Of a stretch of 64,000 nucleotides of DNA, positions 19,243 to 29,348 are shown piece by piece. Numbering within the stretch: the first letter of the stretch is position 1; each line of letters opens with the position of its first letter. Source of the DNA: an uncultured Actinomycetes bacterium (GTDB lineage Bacteria > Actinomycetota > Thermoleophilia > UBA2241); contig CAVYCN010000011.1 in assembly GCA_963767005.1 (NCBI GenBank), positions 1-64,000 of the forward strand, in the 5' to 3' direction. The notes beneath the pieces are model-generated. The model did no database searches. It was not told the DNA's origin and saw only the letters and a list, made by a program, of their open reading frames with translations. The position numbers and the translations under genes were made by a program.

Positions 19243-20010
19243 CTAGACCAGGCGGCTGTGCTCGAACCAGGCCAGGCTGGCCATAGCCGAGGCCTCGTCC
19301 AGGTGCTCGAGGATGACGGTGGCGCCGGCGGCGCGCGCCACGGCCAGGACCGGCGCCGCCTTGACCACGCCCTCGCCCAGCGGTCGGTGCGGGTCGCCGG
19401 TGTCGCTCGGCCCGAGATTGCTGTGCAGGTGCACGTGGGCGAGCCGGGCGTGGGGGTCGACCAGGAACGCCGCGAGCGTGCCGCTGATCGCGGCGTGACC
19501 ACAGTCGAGCGTCAGGCCGAGCTCGCCGAGGTCGAGGTCGCCGGGCGCCGTGAAGTGCGACGACCCGACGCCCGGCATGTTCTCGATGGCGACCGGCACG
19601 CCGGTGTCGCGCTGGATCTCGGCGAGGTCGGCGATGGTGCGCTGCAGGGCGGAGACCACGAGCGGGTCGCGCGCGCCCGGCGGGTCCATGTAGTCGGGGT
19701 GCGCCACGTACAGGAGCGCGCCCATGTCGGCGGCCGCCTCGAGGTGGCGGCGGTGCAGGTCGACGGCCTTGCGGCGCACCGCCTCGTCGGGGCTGCCGGG
19801 GGCGATGTCGTACCCGTACGGGCCGTGCACCGTGAGGCGCAGCCCGCTTGCCTTCGCCGTGCGGCGGTTGAGCGGCGACAGCACGGTGTGCAGGCCGAAC
19901 GAGTCGATCTCGACCAGCTCCGTGTACGCCGCCAGGCGCTCGAGCAGCTCGGCGAGCGGCAAGTCGGGGCGGATCTGGCTGGACAGTCCGATGTCGGGCG
20001 GCAGGATCAC
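19243..20010 (-). CDS. Sugar phosphate isomerase/epimerase (AP endonuclease 2-like TIM barrel)
   Basis: TVHGP, IENMP, LDCGHA, HVHLHSN, DPHRPLGEG, ILEH metal-ligand pattern. Confidence 0.88.
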   Translation of the reverse strand: MILPPDIGLSSQIRPDLPLAELLERLAAYTELVEIDSFGLHTVLSPLNRRTAKASGLRLTVHGPYGYDIAPGSPDEAVRRKAVDLHRRHLEAAADMGALLYVAHPDYMDPPGARDPLVVSALQRTIADLAEIQRDTGVPVAIENMPGVGSSHFTAPGDLDLGELGLTLDCGHAAISGTLAAFLVDPHARLAHVHLHSNLGPSDTGDPHRPLGEGVVKAAPVLAVARAAGATVILEHLDEASAMASLAWFEHSRLV

Positions 20011-20140
20011 GCGGCAAGCATACCGGTCGACGGGGCCGCGGTCACCGCCGCGACGTCGCGCTCGACGTTCTTGCCCGCCGTGGTCACGTCGTAAGATGAG
20101 CGGCACGAGCACCGACCGGCACGACGAGGGGGGGTCCGTC

Positions 20141-21799
20141 ATGGCAACGGCATCAGGGCTTCGCAGGGGACTGCTGACCGTGGCCGCGCTGGTGGTGGCC
20201 GCATTGGTGGTGGCCGCGCTCGCGCCGGCGGTAGCGCGAGCGACCGGCACGACGGCCGTGCCTGCGACGCCGGCGCCGGCTCCGCAGGCGACGACCGCCG
20301 CAGTCACCCTCAACGTCATGGTCTTCAACATCGAGGACGGCGGCACCCTGGTGAGCTTCGCCAAGGTCGTGCAGGCCATCAGGGAGAGCGGCGCCGACGT
20401 GGTCGGCATCGAAGAGGCCGAGGGCCACATCCCGCGCCTCGCCCACGACCTCGGCTGGCCGTACTACTCGACGCGCTACCAGATCGTGTCGAAGTACCCG
20501 CTCATCGACCCGCCGTCCGACCACAACCTGTACGTGCTGGTCGAGCCCGCACCCGGCAAGGTCGTCGCCCTCATGAACGTCCACCTGCCGTCCGACCCGT
20601 ACGGGCCCTACTGGGTCCGTGACGGCAAGTCGGCGGCCAAGGTGATCGCGCTCGAGAAGAGCGTCCGCCTGCCGGCGATCGCGCCGCGCCTCGCAGCCCT
20701 GCCGGGGCTGCTCTCCCAGAGCATCCCGGTCTTCCTGACCGGCGACTTCAACTCGCCGTCGTTCCTCGACTGGACGCCGGCCGCGATCGACAGCCGTACC
20801 TACGACAACGGCAAGAAGCCCTGGCCGCCGATCGCCCTCGCCTGGCCCGTGAGCGAGGCGGTCATCGCCGCCGGCTTTCGCGACTCGTACCGCGATGTCT
20901 ACCCCGACCCGGTCGCGCACCCCGGCGTCACCTGGTGGGCGCGCAAGCCGCACGTCGCCGTGTCCGACGAGAACTTCGGCCCGCTCGACGTCAGGGACCG
21001 CGTCGACTACGTGTACGCGGCCGGCGCGTCGACCACGACCGCGAGTCGCATCGTGGGCGAGACCCAGGCCGCCGTGGTGAACGTCCACGTCTCGCCGTGG
21101 CCGTCGGACCACCGCGCCGTCGTGTCGACCTTCCAGGTCACACCGGCGACGCCGCCGGTCTTCGTCGCCACGCGGCAGCGCCTGCTCAACGTCGGCACGC
21201 ACCTGACCGTGACGTTCCACTCGCCCGGCGGGCCGAACGAGTCGGTGGCGATCACGCAGCTGACCGGTGCGCCACCCACGACTCCGGACACGTCCGCGCC
21301 TACGCCTACCGCCGCGCCCATGCCCATCATCGTCAAGCCTACCGGGCCCGATGCACCGACTGACGGCACCCTGACGTTCGCAACGGCGGGCCTGAGCCCC
21401 GGCCGCTACCTGGTCACGCTGCGCGACGGGATCGGCGCCGCGCTCGCGCACTGCACCTTCTGGCTCAAGGCGCCGCGCACGCAGCCGCGCGTGTTCGCCG
21501 CGCGCCGCGTCTACAAGGTCGGCCAGCCGATCGTCGTGAAGTGGCGCGACACGCCGGGCGAGCGCTGGGACTGGGTCGGCGTCTACGACCGCGGCGCCGA
21601 CCCGAACGTCGCCTATTACTACCTGTGGGGCTACACCTATGCCACGATCGCCGGCCAGTGCACGCTCGACCGCACGCCGCCCTACGTCAGCTACGGCCCG
21701 CAGCCCTGGCCGCTCAAGGCCGGCACCTACAGCGTCTACCTGCTGCGCGACGACGGCTACTCGATCATCGCCCGCAACGTGTTCCGCGTCGTGAAGTAG
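20141..21799 (+). CDS. Secreted endonuclease/exonuclease/phosphatase (EEP) family protein with C-terminal beta-sandwich domains
   Basis: Signal peptide; VMVFNI, DVVGIEE, NVHL, TGDFN, RVDYV, SDH motifs. Confidence 0.9.
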   Translation: MATASGLRRGLLTVAALVVAALVVAALAPAVARATGTTAVPATPAPAPQATTAAVTLNVMVFNIEDGGTLVSFAKVVQAIRESGADVVGIEEAEGHIPRLAHDLGWPYYSTRYQIVSKYPLIDPPSDHNLYVLVEPAPGKVVALMNVHLPSDPYGPYWVRDGKSAAKVIALEKSVRLPAIAPRLAALPGLLSQSIPVFLTGDFNSPSFLDWTPAAIDSRTYDNGKKPWPPIALAWPVSEAVIAAGFRDSYRDVYPDPVAHPGVTWWARKPHVAVSDENFGPLDVRDRVDYVYAAGASTTTASRIVGETQAAVVNVHVSPWPSDHRAVVSTFQVTPATPPVFVATRQRLLNVGTHLTVTFHSPGGPNESVAITQLTGAPPTTPDTSAPTPTAAPMPIIVKPTGPDAPTDGTLTFATAGLSPGRYLVTLRDGIGAALAHCTFWLKAPRTQPRVFAARRVYKVGQPIVVKWRDTPGERWDWVGVYDRGADPNVAYYYLWGYTYATIAGQCTLDRTPPYVSYGPQPWPLKAGTYSVYLLRDDGYSIIARNVFRVVK

Positions 21800-22018
21800 C
21801 GCTCGCCGCATCCACGCACGCCCCACCCCGCCCGCGCCGCGCCGTCGTCAGCCCCGGCGACGCCTGTGACCTCGCTGGCCCGCTCAGGCAGCCGTCACGC
21901 CTGTCACAGAAGCCACCCCACCGGCACCTACTGGACATGAGCCGGGTGGTACGGCGATGTCGGTCGGCGATGCCGGCGGCAAGGTCTTTCGGGTGCGCAC
22001 CCCGCCCCTGAGGGCCGC

Positions 22019-22032
22019 TGTCAGATCTGACA
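22019..22032. promoter_or_regulatory. Perfect 14-bp palindrome upstream of the pilin cassette (putative operator)
   Basis: TGTCAGATCTGACA. Confidence 0.45.
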
Positions 22033-22053
22033 ACGCTTTCTTGGGCCCCCGGC

Positions 22054-22080
22054 TCAATCGGCCCGGTCCGCGGCCGAGTA
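22054..22080 (+). promoter_or_regulatory. Sigma-28 (FliA/WhiG)-like promoter
   Basis: TCAA-N15-GCCGAGTA versus the consensus TAAA-N15-GCCGATAA. Confidence 0.5.
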
Positions 22081-22187
22081 GATGAAGGTAGACGATTCGT
22101 CGCCTTCGGCTGTCGCGGGCATGGCCGGGCACGGCAAGGCTCGGCACCGAGGGCGCGGCGACACGGTCGCCCGCCGCACGAGGAGAC

Positions 22188-22997
22188 GTGAGGACCATGG
22201 GAGGGAGCGTGGGCGTCATCACCGCATATCGAGCGGGCGCGCGTCGCGAGCAGCGGGGCTTCAGCCTGATCGAGCTGCTCGTCACCGTGACCCTGGCCGG
22301 CATCATCTTCGTCGCGATGGTGCCGATGTTCGTGAGCGTGCTCAAGGGCACCTCGACGAGCGAGCGTCGCGTGATCGCGACCAACCTCAGTCAGGCGCGC
22401 CTCGAGGACGCCCGCATGCTGGGCTACGCCAACCTCAGCGCGGCCAGCCTGCAGAGCAACTTCGGCACGACCTTCACGGCAGCCCACGGCGGCGCCATCT
22501 ACAACATCACCTACTCGGTGTCGCCGGGGCCGACCAGCTCGGCCACGCCCACCCCCGCTTACAAGCAGGTGACGGTGAGCATCAGCCGCACAGGCCAGAG
22601 CTTCCCCGTGGCCAGCACCATCGTCCAGAACCCCGCCGTCCTGAGCACTGCCGCGTACTCGAGCCTGAGCGGCGGCGGCGGCCCGTACTCGATCACCGCC
22701 GCCTTCAAGGACGCGACCGAGGTCAAGTCGCCGGGCGTCTACGTCGTGCAGTACTGGATGAACGCGACGGCCACCCCGACCCCCACGCCGACCAAGACGG
22801 TCACGCTCTCGCCGTCGCTCATGCCGGCGGCGATCAAGACCGCGACCGTCCTGTTCACCAACATCCCGGGCGGCACGGCGTACGAGTACTCGGTCTTCTG
22901 CAACAGCAAGGACTGGACCGGCGCGCTCTACACGCCGCCGTTCCACCTGCTCAACAACGGCTGGGTCAAGTTCGACACCAACCCGGGCGGCTCGTGA
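22188..22997 (+). CDS. Type IV prepilin-like protein (PilV-like minor pilin)
   Basis: Class III signal RG|FSLIELLVTV with Glu5; Thr/Pro-rich body. Confidence 0.88.
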   Translation: MRTMGGSVGVITAYRAGARREQRGFSLIELLVTVTLAGIIFVAMVPMFVSVLKGTSTSERRVIATNLSQARLEDARMLGYANLSAASLQSNFGTTFTAAHGGAIYNITYSVSPGPTSSATPTPAYKQVTVSISRTGQSFPVASTIVQNPAVLSTAAYSSLSGGGGPYSITAAFKDATEVKSPGVYVVQYWMNATATPTPTPTKTVTLSPSLMPAAIKTATVLFTNIPGGTAYEYSVFCNSKDWTGALYTPPFHLLNNGWVKFDTNPGGS

Positions 22998-23806
22998 TGC
23001 GCGCCGCCCGCCGGTTCACCGCCATCAGGCCCGGCAAGCGCCGGTCGCGCGACGACGGCTTCACGCTCATCGAGCTCCTCGTGTCGATGGTCATCATGGG
23101 CGTGGTCAGCACGATGCTGATCGGCATCTGGATCGTGCTCACGCACACGGCCGCCTTCGCCCAGGCCGACAACACCGCGGGCGCCACGGCGCGCGACGCC
23201 TCCAACCGCATCTCGGCCGAGCTGCGTGACTGCCAGCCGTCCTCCTCGAGCAGCGTCAACCCGTTCATCTTCTCGATGGCGTGCACGTACCCGTTCAACG
23301 CCGGCACCGTCACCTGCGACGCCAACGACTGTGTCTTCTACTCCTCCTACAATAGCGCCGGCACCATGCTGAACAGCGACATCACCCCCAGCCCGGGCAC
23401 GACCGACTCTGGCGAGGCAGCGGTGCTGCCGACGGCGATCATCCTCGACACGTCGGGCACCGCCGCGCAGAAGACGCTGTGGTGGGTGCGTGACACGAAC
23501 AACGACGGAAAGTTCGACGCCGGCGACAAGGCGATCAAGCTGGCGACCAACGTCGTGAACACGGCGGCGAGCGTCAACAAGCCGATCTTCACCTACAACT
23601 TCGCGGCGACGAGCGGCAGTACCACGACGTACAGCGCGGGCAGCAGCCTGACCGCAGCGAACGTGTGGAACCCGCCGACGTCGTCGCTCGTCTCCATCAA
23701 CGTCGAGCTCGTCATCGATGCCAACCTGAGCGACAAGCCGGCCTACGTCGATCTCGTCTCCGTCGTGCGCCCGCGCAACGTGGGCACCAGCACGTCGGGC
23801 AGCTAA
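22997..23806 (+). CDS. Type IV prepilin-like protein (PilW-like minor pilin)
   Basis: DG|FTLIELLVSMVIMG; TGATG coupling to the previous gene. Confidence 0.88.
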   Translation: MRAARRFTAIRPGKRRSRDDGFTLIELLVSMVIMGVVSTMLIGIWIVLTHTAAFAQADNTAGATARDASNRISAELRDCQPSSSSSVNPFIFSMACTYPFNAGTVTCDANDCVFYSSYNSAGTMLNSDITPSPGTTDSGEAAVLPTAIILDTSGTAAQKTLWWVRDTNNDGKFDAGDKAIKLATNVVNTAASVNKPIFTYNFAATSGSTTTYSAGSSLTAANVWNPPTSSLVSINVELVIDANLSDKPAYVDLVSVVRPRNVGTSTSGS

Positions 23807-23810
23807 GGGA

Positions 23811-25697
23811 GTGGCCATGCGCAGGCACAGTAACCAGGACGGCTTCGCGCTGATCCTCCTGATCGGCATCGTGGCCGCCCTCGCGATCCTCGCGTCGATG
23901 CTCGTCGTGATGCTCGACAACCAGCAGCACGCGACCGAGAAGGACCAGCACAGCAAGACCTCGATCTACTACGCCGACGCGGCCCTGAGCAGCGCGGCCA
24001 GCGCGGCGATGAACGACACGAGCTGGCTGAGCACCGGCTATACGGTGAGCCAGACGACCCTCAACCAGAGCTTCAGCGCGTCGATCGGATCGGCGGTCAC
24101 GCCGGTCTACAGCGTCTACGACAACCTCTCGCCGGTGAACACGGCCATCAACTACGACTCCAACGGCGACGGCGAGGTGTGGGTGCAGGCCTCGGTGACC
24201 TACCCGACGACAGGGCCGAACAAGAAGACCAGCATCGTGCGCGAGCTCGTCTCGTCGTCGACCAAGACCTCGATCCTGCCCAAGGCAGCCGCCTGGACCG
24301 ACACCAACATGGCGCTCACCGGCACGAGCAACATCTACGGCGTGAACAACGACGGCACGTCCGACGACTCGGGCGCGCCGTACGTGACGAGCATCATGTG
24401 CGGCGGCGACTTCACCGGCAACAGCAGTACGAACCTGGCCTACCCCGGCCACACGGTGCAGTCGCTCGGCCTGCAGGTGAACGGCAAGGTGTCGGGCACG
24501 CCGACCCTGTCGTGGACCAAGGGCGGCGTCGGCATGCTCTCCGACTACTTCGACCAGGCCCATCAGGCCGCGCTCATGACCGAAGCGCAACTCGCCATCG
24601 CGGCCTACACAAACCCGTCACCGACGAACCCGGTCTTCAATGTGGACTCGAGCCACAATCCGACCGGCACGAGCGTGAGCAGCACCAGCACCGTCGATCC
24701 CTTCAAGACCTGGCTGTCATACCTGTCGAGCAGTGGGAACACGTGGACGGCGCCGACCGGCACCAACTACATCGTGTCCAGCAGCTTCAACTACACCAGC
24801 GGGGGCTGGGGTGCCGGCAACCTGACGCTGAGCGCAGCGAGCGGCAAGTCAGCCACCTTCAACTTCAACAAGCTCTACGTAGCCGGTAACCTCACTATCT
24901 CGGGCAACGTGACGCTCAACACCACCGGCCTCTACGTGGGCGGCAACCTCACGATCACCGGCACCACGGCGGCGAGCGTCAGTGACCACCTGGGGCCGCT
25001 CTATGTGGGCGACGGCACGACCGGCCACGGCAAGGTGCTCTGGGAGGGCTGCACCAACAGCAACGCGACGACCCTGAGCGTCAGCACGGCCACCGTGGCG
25101 GCCCCGACGTTGCCGCAGCCGATGTACTGCAAGATCCTCTCGGTCGACGGCGACCTCACCTCGGGCTCGGCCGACAACAGCACCTACGACACGACCAACA
25201 AGCCCGGCCCGACCAACATCACGCTGGGCGATATCTGGGTCGACGGCGACGCCGGCACCGGCGACGTGGCCGTCAACTTCTCCGGACCCTCGGCGGTGGC
25301 CTCGACTGTGCTGTGCACCGTCCTAGCGACCACCGAGCAGTCGCACTGGAACGGCGACGTCAACTGCGGGACCCTCGCTCAGCCCATGGTCTACTTCATG
25401 CAGTGCGACAACGACGGCCTGTACAGCAACACGATGCAGTACAGCTCGACCGGCACCTTCACCGGCCTCATGATCCTCTTCGAGGCCGAGTGCGACATCA
25501 ACTCCGGACAGATCATGGGCGCGGTCATGGAGGGCACTCCCGCGGCGAGCGACGACACCGGCACCGACCTCACGCTCTCGGGCAGCGCGACGATCTGCTA
25601 CAACCAGACGGTGATCAACAACTGCACGAGCGACTCGCTCACGACGACCAGCACCGGTGTCGTGGCGGGCTCCTGGCAGCAGCTCACGTCGTACTGA
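23811..25697 (+). CDS. Large PilX-like minor pilin with Ser/Thr/Asn/Gly-rich C-terminal domain
   Basis: DG|FALILLIGIV lacking Glu5, plus YYADAAL, as in PilX N-termini; 628 aa. Confidence 0.8.
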   Translation: MAMRRHSNQDGFALILLIGIVAALAILASMLVVMLDNQQHATEKDQHSKTSIYYADAALSSAASAAMNDTSWLSTGYTVSQTTLNQSFSASIGSAVTPVYSVYDNLSPVNTAINYDSNGDGEVWVQASVTYPTTGPNKKTSIVRELVSSSTKTSILPKAAAWTDTNMALTGTSNIYGVNNDGTSDDSGAPYVTSIMCGGDFTGNSSTNLAYPGHTVQSLGLQVNGKVSGTPTLSWTKGGVGMLSDYFDQAHQAALMTEAQLAIAAYTNPSPTNPVFNVDSSHNPTGTSVSSTSTVDPFKTWLSYLSSSGNTWTAPTGTNYIVSSSFNYTSGGWGAGNLTLSAASGKSATFNFNKLYVAGNLTISGNVTLNTTGLYVGGNLTITGTTAASVSDHLGPLYVGDGTTGHGKVLWEGCTNSNATTLSVSTATVAAPTLPQPMYCKILSVDGDLTSGSADNSTYDTTNKPGPTNITLGDIWVDGDAGTGDVAVNFSGPSAVASTVLCTVLATTEQSHWNGDVNCGTLAQPMVYFMQCDNDGLYSNTMQYSSTGTFTGLMILFEAECDINSGQIMGAVMEGTPAASDDTGTDLTLSGSATICYNQTVINNCTSDSLTTTSTGVVAGSWQQLTSY

Positions 25698-25732
25698 CCG
25701 ACGGCTCGCCGCACGGCGAGGAGAGAGACAAC

Positions 25733-25766
25733 AAGGCGGGCGGCCTTACGGGCCGCCCGCCTTTTT
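25733..25766 (+). terminator. Rho-independent terminator of the pilin cassette
   Basis: AAGGCGGGCGGCC-TTACG-GGCCGCCCGCCTT followed by a T-run. Confidence 0.85.
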
Positions 25767-25909
25767 CGTGCGCCGACGCGGTCGCGCCATCGCCACCACC
25801 GGCCCGCCACCGCCATCGGGGTAGGGCCGGGCAGCCGACGGGCACCATGCTGGGGCGGAAGGGGCGCCACAGGCCCTCCCCGCGAAGCACGCCATCGACG
25901 GGAGGACGC

Positions 25910-26305
25910 ATGGACAACGTGATCGTGTGGGCAGACATCCCGGTCGTCGACCTCGACCGGGCCTGCAGGTTCTACAGCGCGGTGCTGCAGGTAGAGGTCA
26001 AGCCGGTCGAGGGCATGGACGGCATCGCCCTGCCGGGCGGCGGCGGCGACCCTCAGGACACGCAGGGACCGATGCCGGTCGCCTTCGACCTGGCGCGCGG
26101 CGAGAACCAGAAGCCGAGCACCCAGGGCTGCACCATCTACCTGAACAGTCACGGCGACCCGGAGGGCCTGCTGCAGCGCGCGGTCGACGCCGGCGGGCAG
26201 CTCCTCATGCCCGTGACCGACATGGGCCCGATGGTGGGCAGCATCGGCTTCTTCCTCGACACCGAGGGCAACCGGATCGGCGTGCACAAGCCGCCGCAGA
26301 TGTAG
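25910..26305 (+). CDS. VOC (glyoxalase/bleomycin resistance) family protein
   Basis: [16 protein letters not shown]...[10 protein letters not shown]; GGAGG RBS. Confidence 0.9.
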   Translation: MDNVIVWADIPVVDLDRACRFYSAVLQVEVKPVEGMDGIALPGGGGDPQDTQGPMPVAFDLARGENQKPSTQGCTIYLNSHGDPEGLLQRAVDAGGQLLMPVTDMGPMVGSIGFFLDTEGNRIGVHKPPQM

Positions 26306-26358
26306 GGCGGCGCGGGCGGCGGGGCGGCCGAAAAGGCCGCCCCGCCGCCCGCGCCGCC
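26306..26358. repeat. Perfect 24-bp GC hairpin between the VOC genes
   Basis: GGCGGCGCGGGCGGCGGGGCGGCC-GAAAA-reverse complement. Confidence 0.8.
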
Positions 26359-26372
26359 GGAAAGGAAGGCCC

Positions 26373-26753
26373 ATGCTGGGCGACAGTCACAGCTTCGCGA
26401 GCTTCTCGGCGGGCGACATCGCCGCCGTGCGGCGCTTCTACGCCGACACGCTCGGTCTCGAGGTGACCGAGGCCGACGGCCTGCTCACTCTCCACCTGCG
26501 CGACGGTGCGCGGGTGCTGATCTACCCGAAGGCCGATCACCGGCCGGCCGACTTCACCGTCCTGAACTTCGCCGTGACCGACCTCGACCGCACGATCGAC
26601 GAGCTCAGCGGGCGCGGCGTGCGTTTCGAGCGCTACGACGGCTTCGACCAGGACGAGCGCGGCGTCGTACGCCCCGAGGGCACGCGCGGCGGTCCGCGCA
26701 TCGCCTGGTTCAAAGACCCGGCCGGCAACATCCTGTCGGTGCTGCAGGAGTAA
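26373..26753 (+). CDS. VOC family protein
   Basis: [28 protein letters not shown]. Confidence 0.92.
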   Translation: MLGDSHSFASFSAGDIAAVRRFYADTLGLEVTEADGLLTLHLRDGARVLIYPKADHRPADFTVLNFAVTDLDRTIDELSGRGVRFERYDGFDQDERGVVRPEGTRGGPRIAWFKDPAGNILSVLQE

Positions 26754-26757
26754 CGGG

Positions 26758-28462
26758 CTACTCCCCCTGCAGGTCGCGGCGCGCGAACAGCAGGACGCCG
26801 GCGAGGCCGGCGCCCACCCCGATCGCGACCATCACGGCAGCGCTCGTCCAGTCGGGCGCCACGGCCGGCGCCGCGGCCATCTCGTGGAACACCGAGCTGT
26901 CGAGCACCCAGTGGCTCACCTTGACCGTGCCGGCGAGCACCTCGACCAGCACCGACCAGGTGAGCAGCGCGTAGACGGCGAGCGCGGTCACGCGCGGCCG
27001 CAGACCGAGCACGAGCGTGCCGGCGCCCAGGATGCAGAGCGCCGGCGGCACCACGTTCAAGCCCGCGGCGAGCAGGGTCGGCAGGGGCACATGCCCCGCG
27101 TGACCCACCCCGCCGAGCCAGGCGCAGAGGCCGGCCAGCAGGCCGCCGGCCACCGTGGCGGCGACGGCCAGCGCCAGGCGGCCGGCCAGCCACGAGCCCC
27201 GCGAGACGGGCCGCACCAGCAGGTTGTCGAGGCGGCCCTGGGCCTCGTCGTCCCGGGCGGCGCCGAGCTGGCCGGTGCCGACCAGCGCGACGAGCACGGC
27301 CAGCATGAGGAAGGTCACGCCCAGGTAGGCGCGCGCCCCGGCGCCGGGCGCGCCGAGCCGCGAGAAGACACGCGCGATCGTCGGCGAGCTCGTGATGGCG
27401 CGCTCGGCCGACCACGCCACCGCCCCCACGACCACGGCGAGCGCGGCGATCGCCGCGGCCCAGCCGGCGAGCGTGCCGCGCGAAAGACGCAGGGCAAGAC
27501 CGAGAGGACCGAAGAGCAGCCGGGTGCGCGGCGGCCCGCCGGCGCGGTCGGGCAGCAACGCGGCGCCCAGGTCGCGGCGGCCGGCCAGGACGCACGGTGG
27601 CCGCGCAGAGCACGGCCACCGTGGCGGCGGCCGGCAGCAGCGCGAGCGGTCGCGGCGCGGTGAGCGGTCGCAGCTCCTCGACCCAGCCGAGCGGCGACGC
27701 CCAGCGCAGCCACTCGACGCCGACGCCCGAGTCGGCCACGAGGCGCAGGGCGTAGCTCGCGCCGAGCACCGCGGCCGCGTAGCCGGCCGCCTGGCGGGCG
27801 GTCGCGGCGAGCTGGCCGGCGAGCGCTCCGACCGCCAGGAACACGACGCCGCTGGTGACGAGCGCGAGGGCGAAGTAGGCGGCTGCTCCGGCGCCGATGC
27901 CGACGCTCGCCGAGCGCCCCACGGCGGCGAGGATGACCGCGGTCGCGGCCCACAGGCAGAGGGCGCCGAGGCCCAGGCCGGCGAGGGCCTGGGCGGCGGC
28001 CCGCCGCCGCGTCGTGACGCCGGCCAGCAGCAGCTCCCAGCGCCCGGCGTCCTCCTCGCCGCGCAGCAGGCGCGAGCCGGTGAGCAGCCCCCAGACCGCG
28101 ACGATCAGGCTCGACGAAGGCGAGGTACTTCCAGGCCGTGAAGCCGCCGACGGTGTCGAGCCGGCGGGCCGGTCCGACCAGGGCGTTCAGGCCGACGTTC
28201 GCGCCGAAGAGCTGCACCAGTCGCGCGCGCTCGGCCGGCGTCCTGTAGCTCGTCGAGTACGTGAGCGCGCCGCTGCCGATGTACAGGCCGAACACGACGC
28301 CCCAGACCAGGCCCCAGCGGGCCGCGCGGCGCGCCGTCCAGCGCGCGATCAGCAGGCCGGGGAAACGGCCGCTGGCGGCGGGCGCGGGCGCCGCGTCGCG
28401 GGGCGGCGCCCGCCGCGCCCGTGCCCGCCGCCCGCCGCGCCCGGGCGCGCGTCAGTCGCCAT
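26758..28462 (-). pseudogene. ABC-2 type exporter permease, frameshifted (pseudogene or sequence error)
   Basis: RGEEDAGRWELLLAG, WASPLGW, RRDLGA and the final FARRDL are split over several frames, with breaks near 28400, 28112 and 27592. Confidence 0.8.
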
Positions 28463-29348
28463 GACCGCCGGCGCCGTAGTGAGCCAGGAACAGCTCCTCG
28501 AGCGAGGGCTCGCGGCTGAGCAGGCGCTGCACCCCGGCCTCGCCCAGGGCCTTGAGCAGCGGCTCGGCGGGGCCCTGCACCTGCAGGCGCACGACGTGCC
28601 CGTCGCGCTCGACGCGGGTCACCCCGGGCACGCCCGACAGGTCGGGGACGGTGCCGTCGAAGGTGGCCTCGACCGTGAGCGCCGACAGGTGGCGCAGCTC
28701 GGCCAGCGTGCCGCTCTCGACGAGGACGCCGTCGCGCAGGATCGCGACGCGGTCGCACAGCGCCTCGACCTCGCTCAGGATGTGCGACGACAGGAAGATC
28801 GTCTGGCCGCGCTCGCGCGCCTCGGCGACGCAGCCCCGGAAGGCCTGCTCCATGAGCGGGTCGAGGCCGGCCGTGGGCTCGTCGAGCAGCAGCAGCTCGG
28901 CCCGGGTCATGAGCGCCGCGATCAGGATCAGCTTCTGGCGGTTGCCCTTGGAGTAGGTCCGCACCTTGCGCGACGGGTCGAGCGCGAACCGCTCGATCAG
29001 CTCGTCGCGATACGCCGCGTCGACCCGGCCGTGCACGCGCCCGAGCAGATGCAGGGTCTCGGCGCCGGTGAGCGAGGGCCACAGGCTGGCCTCGCCGGCC
29101 ACGTAGGCGAGGCGGCGGTGCGCCTCGACGGTGCGCCGCCAGCAGTCGAGGCCGAACACCTCGGCGCGTCCGCCGCTCGGCCGGATGAGGCCGAGCAGCA
29201 GGCGGATCGTCGTGGTCTTGCCGGCGCCGTTCGGGCCGAGGTAGCCGACCACCTCTCCCGGGGCAAGCTCGATGTCGAGGTCGCGCAGCGCGACGATGCG
29301 GCCGTAGCGCTTCGTCAGCCCCTTGGTGCGGACCGCGGGGGCGCTCAC
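28452..29348 (-). CDS. ABC transporter ATP-binding protein
   Basis: GPNGAGKTT, YSKGNRQK, LDEPTAGLDP. Confidence 0.94.
   Translation of the reverse strand: MSAPAVRTKGLTKRYGRIVALRDLDIELAPGEVVGYLGPNGAGKTTTIRLLLGLIRPSGGRAEVFGLDCWRRTVEAHRRLAYVAGEASLWPSLTGAETLHLLGRVHGRVDAAYRDELIERFALDPSRKVRTYSKGNRQKLILIAALMTRAELLLLDEPTAGLDPLMEQAFRGCVAEARERGQTIFLSSHILSEVEALCDRVAILRDGVLVESGTLAELRHLSALTVEATFDGTVPDLSGVPGVTRVERDGHVVRLQVQGPAEPLLKALGEAGVQRLLSREPSLEELFLAHYGAGGHGD

Noticed and set aside
21800-22187. c-di-GMP riboswitch upstream of the pilins
   Set aside because: I could not find the GGCAAA...GAAA...GACGCAAAG core of class I or a class II pattern.
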